Counted from the whole stretch's first letter, positions 12,101-25,400 are shown. The stretch: DNA of 63,012 bases, filler included, from Octopus bimaculoides (GCF_001194135.2; 6 parts of 5 records of this genome joined end to end with filler, not necessarily neighbours in it), one strand, 5' to 3'. The notes: generated from the letters alone by a model not told the origin. Numbers and translations are program-made.

Positions 12101-13704
12101 AGATAAAGAGATCTATACCCATGCATGCACATACAAACATAAACACATACACAGCCATACATCCATCCATCCATCCATCCATACATACATACATACATAC
12201 ACACTTACAAATAAAAACATACATGTCGATACATTCACACACACAAATGTATCTGCACATAACATATATATATATATANNNNNNNNNNNNNNNNNNNNNN
12301 NNNNNNNNNNNNNNNNNNNNNNNNNNNNNNNNNNNNNNNNNNNNNNNNNNNNNNNNNNNNNNNNNNNNNNNNNNNNNNNNNNNNNNNNNNNNNNNNNNNN
12401 NNNNNNNNNNNNNNNNNNNNNNNNNNNNNNNNNNNNNNNNNNNNNNNNNNNNNNNNNNNNNNNNNNNNNNNNNNNNNNNNNNNNNNNNNNNNNNNNNNNN
12501 NNNNNNNNNNNNNNNNNNNNNNNNNNNNNNNNNNNNNNNNNNNNNNNNNNNNNNNNNNNNNNNNNNNNNNNNNNNNNNNNNNNNNNNNGTATGTAGAGAG
12601 AGAGAGAGAGATAGATAGATAGATAGACATATATATCACAAACATACATATATACATATTAATAGTATGTTTGCACATACACAAACATACACATACACAC
12701 AAACACATACACACACATTAACATATGCATACACATACATAGACACAGTTGTACACATATACACACTTACACATATAGACAGACACATATACATACATAA
12801 ATATGCACATACATGCCTACACGCATGCATATATATATATACATACACATTTCTATATTGAGGGATTTGAAGATAACGAGATGCTAATGGAGTTTTAAGT
12901 CCAAAATAATGGATATTTGTGTTTATGTGCGTATGTGTATGACTGAGTGTATGTGTGTGTGTGTAGCTCTGTATGATAGTGGATTTGTGTGTGTGTGCAT
13001 GTGTACATGTGTGTGTGTGCATGTGTACATGTGTATGTGTGTGTGTGAGTGAGAGAGAGAAAGTGCAACACTGTGTGATGGTGTATGCATGTGTATATCT
13101 GTGAGTATAAGTTTGTGTGCCTGTGTATATATGTGTAAAAGAGAGAGAGAGAGGGAGAAAGAGAGAGAAAGAAAGAGAGACACAGAAAGACAGAGAGGAA
13201 AAAGAGAGAGAGGCAGAAAGAAAAAGACAGAGAGAGCGAGATAGAGAGAAAGCGAGAGAGAGGGAAGCTTTCTACATGTCTGTCTGTCTGCCTGTCTCTC
13301 TCTTGCCTTGCTTGGAAACAGGTAAGGGTTGGCAACAACAAAACTGAGAAATCAGAGTGTAAGGAAGGCATTGGCCCCTCTTTACCCATGACCCACCTAA
13401 AAAAGAAGTGGGGAGTGGGGTGTTGTAATTTTTGATATCTCAAATGTGCACACCTGGTTATTGGTTTTAGTGAACTAGATAATTTTAGACTCTAATCTTT
13501 AAGAACACTGATAACTATATCAGTCTATCAATGTATCTATCTATCCATCCGTCTATCTATCTGTCTATCTATCTATCCATCTATTTATCTATCTATCTTC
13601 CTCTATCTATCNNNNNNNNNNGTGAAATTAATATCCTAGTGACTGAGCATTCCAAAGACATGCATATCCTCAAAATAGTTCTCAGGGAGATTCAGTATGA
13701 CATG

Positions 13705-13990
13705 ATTATTATTATTATTCAGGTCACTGCCTAGAATCGAACTTGGAATCTTGGGGTTAGTAGCCCGCGCTCTTAACCACTATGGGCATATGGCATAGAG
13801 TTCGATTCCAGGCAGTGACCTGAATAATAATAATAATAATAATAATAACATCGAAAAATACCTTAGGAATGAGAACCCAGGTTCGAAATTTCCCCAAGAC
13901 ACCTGATGAAGGCTGGAGGGTATATCAGCCGAAATGTTGTGTTAACAACAAACAAGATGAGGACAGATATCCATCAAATGTAAATAATGA
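13705..13990 (+). mobile_element. Non-autonomous element: inverted tRNA-like head, tRNA-like head, (AAT)n, hammerhead-bearing tail
   Basis: 13705-13790 is the reverse complement of the head at 13785-13848 (A-box-like TGGCATAG/TAGTGG, B box GTTCGATTCC). The tail contains the hammerhead motif. Confidence 0.75.
13898..13943 (+). ncRNA. Minimal type I hammerhead ribozyme motif (Penelope-like)
   Basis: GACAC-CTGATGA-A-GGCTG(GAGGGTATAT)CAGCC-GAAAT-GTT-GTGTT: stem I GACAC/GTGTT, stem II GGCTG/CAGCC, intact CUGAUGA and GAAA, loopless stem III. Confidence 0.75.
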
Positions 13991-14184
13991 GTACAAGTCT
14001 TGGTTAGATGTTCTCCATATAAAATAATAGGAAAATAATTTAAGAATAAACCAGCTTCATTTAGAAAATAGGTTATTAAGAATATTCAACAGGAATGGTG
14101 GGACTAGAACTAAGGATTCTGGGAATTATAGTTGAGAAGAGAAAATATTGAGATGTGATATGACAGAAGATATGTCAAAACCAA

Positions 14185-14617
14185 TAATAGCAGCATGCCA
14201 ATGCCACATGTAAAACAGCCATGTAAAAAGCACCCAGTACACTGTAAGGTGGTAGGCGGCAGGAAGAGCATCCATCTGTAGAAACGAAACCAAGCGCTGG
14301 TAGAAATGTTAGCACGCTGGGCGAAAAGCTTAGCGGTATTTCGTCTGCTGTTACGTTCTGAGTTCAAATTCCACCGAGGTCGACTCAGCCTTTCATCCTT
14401 TCGGAGTCAATTAAATAAGTACTGGGGTTGATGTAATCGACTTAATCCCTTTGTCTGTCCTTGTTTGTCCCCTCTATGTTTAGCCCCTTGTGGGCAATAA
14501 AGCAATAAGAAACGAAACCAAATCAGACAACTGGAGTCTGGTGCAGCTCTCTAGCTGACCAGTCCCAGACAAACCATCTATCCCATGTCAGCATGGGAAA
14601 TAATGATGATAATGATT
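14185..14617 (+). mobile_element. RTE-related 3' UTR interrupted by a SINE (14294-14507) with a 14-bp target-site duplication
   Basis: AGAAACGAAACCAA occurs at 14280-14293 and 14508-14521, flanking the SINE; the host UTR continues on both sides. Confidence 0.85.
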
Positions 14618-14725
14618 TTACAATATACAGTAATACCTTGATATATGAGTTAATCCCCAGAGACCGCTTGTAAAATGAAAACTTGTAAAGCAGAGCAATA
14701 ATTTCCCATAGTAGCAATGTTCACC

Positions 14726-14825
14726 NNNNNNNNNNNNNNNNNNNNNNNNNNNNNNNNNNNNNNNNNNNNTTAATTAATTAANNNNNNNNNNNNNNNNNNN
14801 NNNNNNNNNNNNNNNNNNNNNNNNN
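14726..14825. other. Artificial scaffold linker
   Basis: Same 44+12+44 structure. Confidence 0.97.
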
Positions 14826-14858
<33 letters not shown>

Positions 14859-15817
14859 GCATTTTTAAAAACTCATTACGTCCTTAAGTGTGGTTTTCTC
14901 AATACAATTACCGCATTCACTGGTCTGTCAACGATGTAACGATGTATAGACGTTAGGTACGATACAAAGACGTTTAGTTTAAATTAATACAACCTGAATT
15001 GATTATATTAATAATTGTTAAATGTCTCAATGAAAGAAATTGATATTCAATTCGATGCGGTAAACTAAATAAATAATTACAAGTCACGACTTATTTGATA
15101 TCGATAGGTCAATAGAAGTGATGATTAAAAGGAAGATTATAAAGACAATTGAGGAAGGAGAAATAAAGAATGATAAGATTTATTGGATGTAGGTTATTAT
15201 TATAAGTTTAAATCGAAAACTGTATCTTATCTTCCAAGGTGTGGTGCGAATGCACTGACTTTTACAAAGTTTCTATGATGTAATTGTCTGGTTAGCAATT
15301 TGATCTGAGACTGTATTAAAACTAGAATAATTACTGCAAAGAAGACATACACATTAGCCATTCAAAGACACATTTAAACATTCATTTTTTGATGTCAAAA
15401 CTTTTGTTGCGTCAGCTTCAGCGTCGTCGTCAGCGCAGTTCACTGCAGTGTCATTGACAAAGTCACAGATAGTATGAGGAAACTACCGACACCAGGTAAT
15501 AAATGCTTAAGTGAAATTAATGGTTTTCGTATGTCTTTGAATGGCTACGTGTCATTGTAACAGTGGTAAAGTGTTATATGGTATATATGTGAAGTAAGTA
15601 TCGAACCTTCTAAATGATTATGTAAATGAGTATATGCATGTATGTGTATGTGTGTGTGTGTGTGTGTATTTGCAATTTGATATCAGTTTCTCATATAATT
15701 GTATTTGTATAAGTCTGTAGATAGAAAGAACTACTATGACTTCATATTTTAAAATTTAAAAAAAAATCTCTTTTGTAGTTATTATATATTAGAATAACGA
15801 ATTGACACACACACACA

Positions 15818-15856
<39 letters not shown>

Positions 15857-16742
15857 GTATGTATGCATATATGTGTGTGTATGTATTGACACATATATTT
15901 ACACACATATATATATGCATATATGGATATGTGCGTGTGTGAGGGTGAAACATATAAATATTGTATGACTGCTAATAAGAACTATTGAATTATTCAATTC
16001 GGCTAGAAGTCTCTTGAATAGGTAACGTAAATTTTAATGAAAAAATAACTGAAATTACTTTAGAGTATTGATTTTAATAGACAAAGGTTTTACTTATATT
16101 TCAAGAAAGCTAACAACAGGAAAGTACCATAACAGCGTTCACACACACACACACTTTCACACTTACAGGAAATAGGGTTGAAGGGTGTGCAAAATGTGTA
16201 TAAAAATTCAGTTATGGATTCTTTAAAACTTAGAAATTATAGCATTTTTGTAAATAAATAAATTCATAGAATTATGAAAATATATAAATGAAAAAAAGTA
16301 ATTGTATGACATTGTATCTTAAAAGTATCGGTTAATTCGGACGAATGCTAGAGAAAATTATACAGAGTATAAGAAAGGACGTATACAGAGTAGTAAAGAA
16401 AAATTCTGAAGTGGGAAAGATATATGTAGATATAGATATAGCTGATTTAAATTAATAAATGATATAATAGAATATGATATAATGTAATATAATATATAAT
16501 ATAATATAATGTTATGTAGTATAATACAAAAGATTGATATAATATAAAATAATATAGGAGCCTCTTTGTATCATTGTTATATAGGAGTATTATTAGTTAT
16601 TTTTTCATCTTTTACTTGTTTCAGGCATTGGGTTGCGGCCATGATGGGGCAGCACTTGAAAGGTTTGGTAGAACAAATTAACTTCACTTCTTATTCTTTA
16701 AAATGTCTAATACTTATTCTCGACAGTTGTTTTCAAGCAGTG

Positions 16743-16804
<62 letters not shown>

Positions 16805-17032
16805 AGAACATTGGTCGGCTCAGGGCAATATTAACAGTCAGTTGCCCATGTTGTGCATATCTTATGCAATCTAATTACAATCACAAAAACTGTAAGAAAT
16901 GGGAATTGTAACCATCACTGCGTGCAAATATGTATGTGAGGTTATTGGGAGAATGCTACCTTTTGGAAGCCTAAACGCATATGGAAGCAAGGGATCCTGC
17001 TTAGAAATGTAAGTCAATATTAATGAATGAGC

Positions 17033-17248
17033 CAGGCTGCGAGTTGGCGCGATCGTCAACACGCCGGGCAAAATACGTAGCGGTATTTCGTCCGTCTTTA
17101 CGCTCTTAGTTCAAATTCCGCCGAGGTCGACTTTGCCTTTTATCCTTTTGGGGTCGATAAAATAAGTATCAGTTGAGCTGTGGGGTGGATCTAATCGACG
17201 TAACCCCACCCCCAAAATAGCTGCCCATGTGTCAAAATTTGAAACCAG
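17033..17248 (+). mobile_element. SINE family B with 15-bp TSD (1 mismatch)
   Basis: TATTAATGAATGAGC (17018-17032) and TATTAGTGAATGAGC (17249-17263). Confidence 0.85.
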
Positions 17249-17403
17249 TATTAGTGAATGAGCACATATACAGTAATATAAACATATACTATTTACAATT
17301 TAATTACCACATATATGTTTACTATTAAAGGTTAAATCAGAGTATAATAAATAATGTAAAAATAAAACAATTGACAAAATAAAAATATAATCTGCACGCA
17401 CAG

Positions 17404-17435
<32 letters not shown>

Positions 17436-17599
17436 GTGTGTGTGTCTGTGTATATATCATATATGTATGTGTATGCACCTAATAACTTATGAACACTTAT
17501 GAAGTGGAAAAATGATTTGAAAAGCCATTTCTATTCAATTTTCAAATATATAATACTGTACCAAAGACTCCTCTATTTCTACTATTTCTTATCCTATTA

Positions 17600-17642
<43 letters not shown>

Positions 17643-17689
17643 ATGAATACATACACACATACACACATATACACTATGTAACCGCGTGT

Positions 17690-17866
17690 GTATTGCTGGC
17701 GATTTTGTTTCTCCGCCTTCACTCCTTTGGAATTTTTCTATATTTCTGATGAAGAGCTCCGCTCTTAAAATGAAATCCTCTTTCTTTTCTTTCCTTTCCC
17801 GAGCGTCCAATAACATTGTACTTATTCCACGGTCCCGTGTTGTTGTTTTTCCTTGCTTGTTCATAC

Positions 17867-17870
<4 letters not shown>
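17690..17870 (+). mobile_element. Penelope-type terminal-repeat remnant with broken hammerhead core
   Basis: CTGATGA-A-GAGC(TCC)GCTC at 17746-17764, GAAA lost; followed by TTCCCGAGCGT, shared with the 45.9-kb element. Confidence 0.5.
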
Positions 17871-17934
<64 letters not shown>

Positions 17935-17972
17935 CATAGAAGCAAATACTCACACACACACACATTCACGTC

Positions 17973-18025
<53 letters not shown>

Positions 18026-18949
18026 ATTATATTTCTATTTTTTCAATCGTATTTTTAATTACAATTTTTATACTCTGATTTAACCTTTAATAGTAATCTG
18101 ATAATTAAATTGTAAACAATATATGTTTATATTACTTTATAAGTGCACATTCGCTAACAGTTATTTCAAATTTAGGCACAAGAGCACCAATTTTGGGGCA
18201 TCTGCTTAAAGATTGAGGCATATGAAAAATGCACAAATCAGCGGATAAATATTCCATCTCATCATTTCATTAGTGAAGTGTTCATCAAGGAATAGAAGTT
18301 TACCGGTGTTTGGTAATCCGTAAGTCCAAGAGTATCCAAAATTGAGAGGAAATTTAAGTATGGCGTAATGTCATAATATAAACAGACAAGTATATTGAAT
18401 GATCTCGTTAGAATGTTACATTCAGTGATTTTACTGTGACATAAAATCGCCTGTTAAGTTATGTAAGATGTGTAACGTCGATAAGGTTATGCAATATATT
18501 TCAATACAATAATCTACCAAATCATAGGACACATGCAGGTCTATATTTGATATGTTGTTAGATTAGCATACGAACATTTAAAGTCGAAATAATGACAGTT
18601 CAATTTGTAAGTAGTCGGCAGTATAATCGAACTAGGCTGTCAGAAAAAGATTGATATCTAAATTGAGGTCAAGCGAGGCAATTGGTTTGAGACAAATGGT
18701 AACTGGTAAGAGCAAATAATAATTATTAAAAAATTGAAGAAAATTCGAATGGCATATTAGCCTCTATATCTACGACTTAAAACATCCAAGAGCAACAGCG
18801 AGCGTTCATTATGATGGAAATTATTAAATTTCAATGTATTGCATGACCTTATAAAATATTATACGTCTTTCATATCTGAATGTATGATGTTGGTCGCAAT
18901 AAAATCCCTTAATGTAACACTGTAGTGAAACTATATAATTCAGTTATTT

Positions 18950-19163
18950 ACGGCGGCGAGCTGGCAGAAACGTTAGCATGCTGGGTGAAATGCTTATTGA
19001 CATTTCATCTGCCGTTACGTTCTGTGTTCAAACTCCGCCGAGGTCGACTTTGCCTTTTATTCTTTCAGGGTCGATAAATTAAGTACCAGTTGCGTACTGG
19101 GTCGATCTAATCGACTGACCCCTTCCACCAAAAATTTTGGGCCTTGCGCCTAGAGTAGAAACG
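18950..19163 (+). mobile_element. SINE family B with 18-bp TSD (2 mismatches)
   Basis: TATATAATTCAGTTATTT (18932-18949) and TATATAATCCACTTATTT (19164-19181). Confidence 0.85.
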
Positions 19164-19776
19164 TATATAATCCACTTATTTGTTTTTATTTCATATATAT
19201 AATTTATGTATGCATGTATATACAAGTGAACATATAGATATGTACTTGTTCACATTGTGGCGTAAACGTAAAAAGAGAATCAGGCTATCAGGCTCTTCAG
19301 CATGAAAACACATTTATGTGATATAATTGCCCCCGCCGTACGTTATATGCTAATTCAATCAAACGTAAAAATTTTTAAAAAAAAGATTATATATGCATTC
19401 TGACTAAGTGAAGGGAAAATGGAAATTAACGTTGTAATGTTGCTAANNNNNNNNNNNNNNNNNNNNNNNNNNNNNNNNNNNNNNNNNNNNNNNNNNNNNN
19501 NNNNNNNNNNNNNNNNNNNNNNNNNNNNNNNNNNNNNNNNNNNNNNNNNNNNNNNNNNNNNNNNNNNNNNNNNNNNNNNNNNNNNNNNNNNNNNNNNNNN
19601 NNNNNNNNNNNNNNNNNNNNNNNNNNNNNNNNNNNNNNNNNNNNNNNNNNNNNNNNNNNNNNNNNNNNNNNNNNNNNNNNNNNNNNNNNNNNNNNNNNNN
19701 NNNNNNNNNNNNNNNNNNNNNNNNNNNNNNNNNNNNNNNNNNNNNNNNNNNNNNNNNNNNNNNNNNNNNNNNNNNN

Positions 19777-19811
<35 letters not shown>

Positions 19812-20433
19812 TTATCAACCTATGTTTAAGTGTATGCATGTATATACAAGTGAACATATAGATATGTACTTGTTCACATTGTGGCGTAAACGTAAAAAGA
19901 GAATCAGGCTATCAGGCTCTTCAGCATGAAAACACATTTATGTGATATAATTGCCCCCGCCGTACGTTATATGCTAATTCAATCAAACGTAAAAATTTTT
20001 AAAAAAAAGATTATATATGCATTCTGACTAAGTGAAGGGAAAATGGAAATTAACGTTGTAATGTTGCTAACGAAAAAGATATTCTTATCTGTTTATATTT
20101 TGTAAAGCTTTATAAAATTTTCGGGAATTGTCAGTCTGATGTCGTCAAGAAAGGGTTGTATCAGAATGTTTATTAGTTTTATTCTTGGAGATTATAATCT
20201 CGTACAATTCAGTAGTACAAATTTGGCAAGTTTTATCGTTATTGCGGTAAGGTTTGGCATTTGAGGTAACTTTTCAAGCTATAGTATGAGGTACGTGAGA
20301 GGCTTTTAATTTTCAAATATATTCAGATGTGTGTTTAGCCAATAGGAAATAGTGGTCACGACTATATCACATATGTATATGTAGATCTAATCACTTGATT
20401 CTCATTATTACAATTACATAAGCATGTGAACAC

Positions 20434-20497
<64 letters not shown>

Positions 20498-21073
20498 GTC
20501 TGTCTGTCAGTCTGTCTAGCTAGCTAGCTATCTACACACAAATGTATATGTGTTTGTTGGGGGCAAGCTATACTTTTATGTTTAAATTCCTGTACTTTTC
20601 GGTTATTCTAATTATTTGCACAGAATTAATTTTGTAAACATAATTACAAAAATATATCACTTTACAGGCGCGCATTCTCTGACATTCTATTATATTCTCA
20701 GGCATAGAAATATAATCGACCTACGTTTATTTACAGCTGCTTCCATGTGAGTTTACGTTTACAACTGCATCCATCCTTCCCATGCCGTTTCATCTGCGAC
20801 GTTTGTTGCAACTGCCAAATCATACTGTTTTACATATTTGCATATACAGTATATAGTGTTATATTGCCCTTGCACACGAATGACATATAAAAGTTACCTT
20901 TTATTATATTCATTTAAAGCAGAGTGTCATCTTTTATATATTCAAATATATTTCTATAATATTTGTGTTTATTTACATATCAAGACATAGATGACTTCTA
21001 AGTAACCCTGGGCTCGATGTAACTAACCAGCCTTTTCCCCCCAAATTCCAGGCTTTGTGCTACAGCAATAAAG

Positions 21074-21105
<32 letters not shown>

Positions 21106-22329
21106 NNNNNNNNNNNNNNNNNNNNNNNNNNNNNNNNNNNNNNNNNNNNNNNNNNNNNNNNNNNNNNNNNNNNNNNNNNNNNNNNNNNNNNNNNNNNNNN
21201 NNNNNNNNNNNNNNNNNNNNNTCTTATATTTGAGGAGGGTAAATGTTTTTTTGCCACATAACAACATGCACGATATACTCATTCTTTACGTCTGCTCTCT
21301 TCTCCTTCTTCCTCCTCGTCCTCCTCGTCCTCCTCCTCGTCCTTCTCGTCCTCCTCCTCCTCCTCCTCCTCCTCTTCTTCTTCTTCTTCTTCTTCTTCTT
21401 TTTTCTCCTTTTAGTGCCTTTCTTCTCCTTTTAGTGCCTTTCTTCTTCTTTTAGTACTCTTTGTCTGAAATCGTTAGCACACATCTTGTGACCGCTTCAG
21501 CGACTCTCTATCCCACGAGTAGACACGTGGAAGGGAGAGTTGGTAAGAAGATCACAGAAAATGTAACGAAAGATTTCAGACAAAGAACACTAAAATAAGA
21601 ACAAAACTAAGGTCAAGTGAAGGATGGGTGTATAGTGCGTATGCTTATTTAGCAAAAAAGTAAAATAGACCACCCCGAAATATAATCGATATCTGTTTCA
21701 ACACACGATTTCCCATCAGGAATCTTGCAAAACAAATATATAAACGTGTGTGTATATATATGTACATAAATGATGGCGGCCCACACCTGACCGAAGAAGA
21801 CCATCACTGACCATTGCCGATGCAAAATGTCGGCAATGCTCATGCATAATTTTATTGAACCCACAGTTGATTTCACCCAGGTTCACGTCCGTGGTTTCCA
21901 TGCCCGTCGTGGCGCCGTCTTTCTCGACTGGGCATCAGGAAGCTCGCCAGTGATAGTGTAGCCTAAAAGTTTAGGTCAAATGAGGCATGGACAGCAAATA
22001 AGGCATAGATCCTCTCTATCCTCTGTATATGTTTCTGAGGCAAGCTAATGCATGATATCCAGCGCCAATATGGGTCACAGCTACAAAAATGTGGGGACGC
22101 CATGTTCTCAAACACAAAAGGACATCCCGAAAATGTTCAATGCTGTTCCCAGCACATCGGGTTTTATATCAGAGTGATCTTTGAACAAAGCAGAAATCCT
22201 TTCACTGAAAACTTGTACAACTGCTTTCATTTGACAAAGCTTTCCTCGGTGTACATACATACATATGTACATACATACATGCATACATACATACATATGC
22301 ATACATATATATGTGTATGTTTGTTAGTC

Positions 22330-22374
<45 letters not shown>

Positions 22375-23409
22375 ACATAGATATATAATTTGTATGCTAG
22401 GATTACATGTATACATATATACATATATAAATTAGATGCTAGAATCACATGTGCTGGCGGCACTGAAATGCGCCAGCTTCAGCATTTGAAGTTTAGAAGC
22501 GAAGGAGTTGGTAAGTCTAACAGCTGATTTTGTCGGAGATTCGTAACCATTTTTTACCTTGTGGAATAGATTTCGTTTTATAACACCCTTTGTGCATCCC
22601 TTTAATTTTCTCTATCGTTTGTATTCAGTCAAAGTCGGTCCTATTAACATAAATATCCATGTATTTATACTTTAAAATCCATCATCTGAAAGACTCCACG
22701 TTTTTCTTTCTCTCGTTTTCTGTGTATACATATATACATATTTTGTATTTCGTACCCATACTATTATATTCAATATATTTGATATATTTGATTTATCTAA
22801 TTTGGTTACCCGCATAATTGCCTCTATATCTGCCCAATCTGAAACAATGTGAATAAATGAGCACCACACACACCTCTTATAGCCGTTCTTTACTTTACGG
22901 AATCGATCCCCTGTAAAGAAATCGGAGTCTAAGTTTGAATCTTTTGAGCACTACAAAGTGTCTTCTATACTGAGAACATCTGGATCTCATTTGAAGACTA
23001 TGTATATCGTTGCTATTATGTTAAGCTCTCGTATGACCAAATTTGGCCAAGTAATTCTCTATTCTTTTTTCAATATTTAATTTTGCTTGCAATAACCGAT
23101 TCTTTTGGTCAAACTATCGTATCTCCAACTGCTTCAAATGCTAATATATGAAAATTGTCAAAGTGTAGTACAACGGTTTAGCGTTTTCCAAAAGTATAGT
23201 AAGTCCCACATACGACAGTTTTGCACAAATATTTCTGATTGAAAAAAATCATACATGCATGGAGTTACGATTTTATGTGCCCAACAAAGTATTATTGTTA
23301 AGCTGAAACTGTTACTAATGTAAAAAGAAATGGAATGATAAAAATATATGTTCGTTTTCTGATAAAGCAGCGTTTTGGTCTTACGACACTTGTGCATAAT
23401 AGCACCGGT

Positions 23410-23645
23410 ATGTATCTACGTGTGTGTGTCGTTGTGTCTGTGTTTGCCCCCCCGCCATAATCACTGTTTCAAAATCGGTGCTGATCTGTTTATACCCCCG
23501 TAATACTAGCGATTCAGTAAAAGAACCGATAAAAAGCACTAGGCTTTAAAAAATCCTGGGCTAGATTTGTCTGACTAAAAAACCTTGAAGGCGGCGCTTC
23601 AGCATGGTTGCAGTCAAATGACTAAAACGCATAAAAAATAAAGGA
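23410..23645 (+). mobile_element. SINE family A 3' half
   Basis: GTGTTTGCCCCCCCG..GTAATACTAGCGATTCAG..CAGCATGGTTGCAGTCAAATGACTAAAAC. Confidence 0.7.
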
Positions 23646-23687
<42 letters not shown>

Positions 23688-24661
23688 AATATATTTTAAC
23701 TAATCTAAAGTTCGCTTATGCTTAAACACTCGTTGGCGCTGATACTGCTAAATATATATATATATATAGAGAGAGAGATATATAGACACGCATACGTACA
23801 TGCATGTACACGTACATTTGCAACAACTATGTATAGACATGGACACACATACTGTCATGCGTACATGTATTATATTTCTATGAGTTATTATTGTTTAAAG
23901 CTTGTTTTACTTTTATTGCATATCTCCAACGTAAACGTCTCTCAATCTGAGTATAAATGGATGGTTGAATAAATCACTTATATGATAATATATTACACAC
24001 TTACCATAAATCAAATTTGAATAGTTCTACTACAGGTGACAAAAATTCATTTTTTTCTAAAGCACTAAAATACCCATTTGAAACCATGTTTTGAAATGCC
24101 TTTATTCAACCATCCATTCTAAGTATCTAAAACAGTGGATTTCATTATATAAATTTAGAAGTTTCTGTAAGATTATATTTAGATGCATTGTCATATTCCA
24201 TCAGCTCAACGGAATATTTATAATAGTCTGAAAGAAAGCATATCTGAATCTGACTTTAATTATAAATGACATTATTTTACGCTGCACTCTATTGAAGTAT
24301 ATTCATACCTGTTCTATTTTATCCACTTTTATCCTCAGCTTATCTGATTTCTAAAGCTAGATGTAATTTTGTTTTTAAATAGGAACTACTCACATAAATG
24401 AAGTGGAATTTTCCGTCAAATTTTCCTGTGGCTGTGTGGTTAGAAGTTTGCTTCGCAATCACAAGGTTCCGGGTTCAGTCTGACAGAGCCACACCCGTGG
24501 AAAGCCTGTTCTACTATATCCGCAGACAGACCGAAGCCTTGTCAGTGGATTTGACATACGGAAACAGAAGGAAGCTCGTCGTAAACAGGTACACACAAAC
24601 ATAGTCTCTTACTTTACTTGAAAATCCTAGCTTCACTATATTGTAGTTTAAATATTTATTA

Positions 24662-24995
24662 ACGTAACCAAGTACTCTAATGATTATTGGTATGGGTATA
24701 AATATATAATCCTGGTAGAGAGGTTACAGGTCTCGAAGCAGTTCTCCATAGGTATTCTCCCTCTTAATGATTTTCGAAGAAATGTTCATATCCATAAGGC
24801 AGTTAACCTCTATGACTGTACAAGATTTTTATTTTCTGTCCCAAGTAACTATCAGGTTTGTTATGCTTGCACTTGGTTGAAATCTTTATGGGAATGTTCC
24901 ACCAACATTCCTTCTGCAATTATGTATGTATTCCATGACAGGGTTGTTGTTTATGTTTATCTCGGGGCAGTCTTCTTTTGCAGATTCCATTATCT
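24662..24995 (-). pseudogene. Decayed RLE-domain fragment of an R4-type non-LTR retrotransposon
   Basis: KECWWNIPIKISTKCKHNKPD, frameshift, VTWDRK*KSCTVIEVNCLMDMNISSKIIKRENTYGELLRDL*PLYQDY, frameshift, IPIIIRVLGYV. PD-(D/E)xK-type layout with stops. Confidence 0.7.
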
Positions 24996-25189
24996 ATTAC
25001 TTTTGCAACAAACATCATGACTCGGTGAGAGGTAGTATCACTATTATACTTTTGGATCTCTACTAATTACATGTATTATGTATGCACATATGCATGAATG
25101 TATGTATATATTCTTTTTAATTTAGAGTTAATTTTGACCGCCACCTACTTCATACCAAGATTGTGAAAGAAAGCATCTCGTGACGTTCA

Positions 25190-25400
25190 TCATCGGATAA
25201 ATCTTGAAGAAATGTTGCAGATTTGCATTGTTGCAGATATCACACTCATTTGTAACCTATAAGTTAAGGAGTTGCATTCTCTCCCCAAGATCTCAAGTTC
25301 AGTGATAATTTGCTTAATGCAGGTTGGTATGTATCCTGCTGCTCTAATAACGATAGGTATGATATTGAAAATGTATCTTGAATACTAGATACGCAAACAC
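25190..25400 (-). pseudogene. Second decayed C-terminal fragment of an RLE-type retrotransposon ORF
   Basis: YSRYIFNIIPIVIRAAGYIPTCIKQIITELEILGRECNSLTYRLQMSVISATMQIC parallels the IPIII..LGYV C-terminus of the fragment at 24.7 kb. Confidence 0.55.

Noticed and set aside
21649-21876. MKSTVG resembling the KLHL5 PRKSTVG linker
   Set aside because: The match is five residues and the following sequence is not a kelch repeat.
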